NCBI RefSeq assembly: GCF_964355755.1
Contig: NC_092672.1
Location: forward strand, 37,454,437 to 37,518,436
Length of the DNA stretch: 64,000 nucleotides
From: Antedon mediterranea
Taxonomy: Eukaryota; Animalia; Echinodermata
Direction of reading: 5' to 3'
In this document: positions 60,274 through 64,000 of the stretch, piece after piece
Layout: the number at the start of each line of letters is the position of its first letter
Numbering within the stretch: position 1 is the first letter of the stretch
The notes under the pieces: generated by a model
Told to the model about the DNA's origin: nothing
Seen by the model: only the letters and a program-made list of their open reading frames with translations
Database searches by the model: none
Program-made: the position numbers and the translations under genes

Positions 60274-63051
60274 ATGAACTTATTTTGTAACTTTCGTGTG
60301 TTTATACGCTTGAATTCACACATAAATTCTTGTGTATTTTCTAGATGTTTGAGTACCGGAGATGTAGTTTTTGTACCTAGGAAACTACCATTTAGGGTGC
60401 CTAAAGAAACTTTTTCAGAGGGCCAAGACCCATTTGTGCGGTCGACAAATAAACCACAGAATAATGGCAATCAAGAATCATCAGACTCAAATATTTTCTC
60501 TTATAGTAACATTTCTACACATGATTTAAAAATAAATGACAACTTACCAGATGTCGGAGGAATAGAAGAAAATGAAAATACAATTTATATTCAATTTGAT
60601 GGTACAGAAAAGAAAAATAGGAAAGATGCAGAAAAACAAAAAGCATCAGAACTATCCCCGGCCAAAGCTGCTGCAATGAATGTCCGAGACAGTTTACGAA
60701 GTGAAACTGGTAAATGAAAGTGTGAAATGTACCGATTCAATTTACAAACTACCAATCTAAAATTTGATTACTTTCGAGATTCATAAATTTAAAGATTTCA
60801 CAATTGAAAAAAAATAAAGTGCGAAAGTTTTACAAAAGTTCATGGAAAATAAAAATATTAAACATATTTCTCATTTCTGTATTTAACATTTTAACTCAAA
60901 TTCTTTTTTATTTAGTTACAAGTAGCAAGAATACTGGGTTTGACAGTAAAGGGTTTAAGATTTACACAGATACAGTGCCGGATTTAAAGAGGGTACCTCC
61001 AGCAAAAGTAACAAGTATTCTCAAATCAAGAATCATTTACAATGAAGGTTAATGGATCGTTTACATTTAGCAACTCTTGCAATTACAAACTGTTGATGTT
61101 CTATATTTACTCACAAACTTTATATTTTTAACTCTTTTCTGTTTTTGCAGGTGAAATTCTTGCAATAGACAAGCCGTATGGATTGCCATGTCATGGTACT
61201 TTGTTTTTTTTAATAAACTTATAAGATCAGCTAAAACATTAATGCATGTAAACTTAAAGTAAAACTCTGTCTAAACATGGAGAAATTTCTCCATGGTCTA
61301 AACTATCAATCTTTATGTGACAAAAAAAATGTGATGTGCCCATATATGGACATGATGATGTTATTGGGCATATGATATCACTACCATATTTGGGAACATC
61401 ACACTTTTTTTGTCAAACTAGGTTGAAAGTGTAGACAGAGCTTTATACGATCAGCAAAAACATGGTATTTGCAGAGCAGAAGAAATTCACACTAATAAAT
61501 GTATAAATCTAAATCATGACAGTACTTTCCAGAACAGTATTTAGTCATTTGTACTGGTTTTTCTTGATCTTTTTTGGACTTCATGCTAATATAAAGCATT
61601 TAAAGAGGAATATTTTAATACTTAACCTATCACACAACAAAAAAGTAAGTTAATAAAGAAGTTAATATCTTAATAATTCAGGTGGACCAGGGGTTGTGAA
61701 TAACATTGAGGAGCTGTTGCCCCGATTGGCTAGAATGTTGCCAGGACAACAAGAAGACTTGACACTTCACATGGTTCACAGGCTGGACAAGGAGACTACT
61801 GGTGTGATGCTATTTGCTAAAACTGAAGAAATGAAATTAAAATTACAGGCAATGTTTAGAAATCATGTGATCAGTAAAAAATATTGGTAAGAAATTTGTT
61901 TAGAGTGTAATGATCCATAATGACCGTTTTCTTTATCAAACTATAAAAAAAATTTTTTTTTTCATTTTTAGGGTTATTACAGTAGGCGTTCCAGAACCAA
62001 ATAAAGGTAAATTTATTTCAAATGCAATTCAAATTATATTTTCAAATATTATTCATAAAAGTTATTTCATGTTCCATTTTTTTTATAGGAATGTTAGATA
62101 TCCCGATGATTGAAAAAGAAGTTGAAGGAAAGCACAGGGTAACGTTGAACCTGAATCTAGTAAACCCTTACTTTTTTAAGTCTCACAATATCCTTTTACA
62201 TTTAATTTGAACTATTTTCTAGATGAGTTTAAAACCTGATATTGGCGATGTCTACAAAAATCTATGGCAAAAAAAGAGCAGATCTTTTGGTACAAAGGCT
62301 GTGTCAAAGTTCAGAGTTCTGGATGATAATGGTACTGCTGCCCTCGTCGAAGTTCAAGCGGTTACAGGTAAGACAAAGTTTATATCACTATTATCCAAAA
62401 TTTATTGTACAATTTTCTTTTTTAAATCATAATTAATCTTATTTACAGGTGAAGACAAGTTTATATCACTATTTATCCAAAGTATCTTAAATTTGCCTTT
62501 AAAGTCGTCATATTTTCTTTCTAAATCATAATTGTTATTTACAGGTGTAAAACACCAGGTACGCTGTCACATGGCATTTGGTCTGGGTTGTCCCATACTA
62601 GGGGATCACAAATACTCGCATTTCAATAAAATTGCCCCACAGGTAAGCAAATCATTCTAGATTTAAACCTGTTAGTAGACTCAGTGGTTCAGTGAATTAC
62701 TTGTGTAGAATGAGTGAAGCTACGTGGATGGTTTGAATATTGAATACAAAGTGACAACGTAAAGTTCAGAAGTAGTGAACACAGGAGTGGTACAGGAAAC
62801 ATAGCCTAAGTAAATATTTCTTTGTTTCACGTCAACGTCGACACATTTTTTACTCTTTACAGAAACTTCCAGTTGAAATGCTTCAGCGATTTAGACTCCG
62901 ACAGGCCAAAGTTCGCACAATGCCGATGCACCTTCATGCTCACCAGATATTTTTACCAGAAATCTATCAGGGTCGCAATCTCTCCATCACAACTCGGCTA
63001 CCACAGTTTTTTAACAAAAACTTGTCATATCTGAAACTTAAGGTTTCATAA
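60274..63051 (+). CDS. RPUSD4: Mitochondrial RluA-family RNA pseudouridine synthase (RPUSD4-like), 9 exons, ~444 aa
   Basis: Exons 60274-60709, 60916-61047, 61151-61195, 61682-61886, 61972-62006, 62089-62138, 62223-62367, 62545-62642 and 62863-63051 join in frame. Motifs [14 protein letters not shown], catalytic [45 protein letters not shown] and MHLHA. Confidence 0.9.
61262..61445. mobile_element. Harbinger-like MITE H1 copy in RPUSD4 intron 3
   Basis: Right TIR AGTGTAGACAGAGCTTTA. The left TIR is interrupted by a small palindrome, CATGGAGAAATTTCTCCATG. Confidence 0.75.
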
Positions 63052-64000
63052 GAAGTATAGGACATTTGATTAGAATGCAAAAACTTTTCAATGGGAATTT
63101 TGACTATATAGATATTTGCTACAAAATATAATTATATTCAAGATGAACAAATAAAGTTCGAAATATTCTCTTGCCTCACATTTTTGGAGTTTGTTTTATA
63201 TTATCATACAACAAACGGTTCTTAACATTCATAAAAATATAAATTTATAACACAAAAATGTATATGGTTCAACATGACGACACAATCATGTGTGTAATTA
63301 AGCTCACAACAACCAGACATGTTTATAAATTGAAGGTATTTTAATAAAATAATGAAATCATTTGCCTTAATGTTTTGAAATGTGCACAATTTTAATTATA
63401 GAATAAACAGACAGACAGACGAACGAACATAGAATATTGAAAATTTATTTACATAACATTGCAACTTTTTGGCAAATAAATGAACTGTACAAGAAAGTGA
63501 TTACATGTAATATACATATATAACAAATTACAGTCATTAGTTTACTGTATATATCTTAAAAACGGCTGGGAACAGAGCTTGTTGGATCCTGCCAAAATTA
63601 TTTACACAAACAAACAAACAATTTTATAATATGTTCTACATATTATACCACCATTCACCAGCTGACCAATCAAGATCAAGCTGAATTTGTGATTGTCATG
63701 TCAAATAAACGGTAAATTTAACAGGTATATATACCAACCCCAAAAACATAGCCCTATTCAGGAGGGGGTTTATACCACAGGTATGTGCACAACTAATATA
63801 TTTAGTTTTCTGCTGGATCCTGCCAAAGTAAATAAATAAATCTAGTTTCAGTTGCTCATATTTATATAGTTATTCTTGCATATGTACAAACATTTACAAT
63901 ATATAACAGTAAACATTCACATATTTATGGCATTCTATTTAAGATGCAAGGAAGAATGAGGTCACCACGGTAACCTCTTAAGTAACAACGCCCATCCCAA

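Overview
AT-rich, intron-rich eukaryotic DNA from an invertebrate animal; the taxon cannot be fixed from the sequence alone. I found no recognisable protein gene in the first ~15.8 kb, only MITEs, satellites and possible regulatory DNA. Six multi-exon genes follow, reconstructed by hand from splice sites and reading frame: a fructosamine/ketosamine-3-kinase (-), MRPL50 (-), selenoprotein M with an in-frame UGA (-), merlin/NF2 (-), DRG1 (-) and, head-to-head with DRG1, an RPUSD4-like pseudouridine synthase (+). The most unusual structures are non-coding or mobile. (1) A 3.9-kb fold-back Academ-type transposon carries the same transposase 3' half on both arms. It sits inside a hAT-like element and probably inside a host intron, so it could be a Mu-killer-like hairpin locus. 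(2) Three Helitron/Helentron-type elements are inserted one inside another at the same internal site. (3) Two tandem minimal hammerhead ribozymes lie 182 bp apart in a DRG1 intron. (4) An isolated intact serine-protease exon lies beside a LINE tail. (5) A whole intron of RPUSD4 is tandemly duplicated, creating an AG|GT junction. Family names come from motif recognition; no database searches were run.
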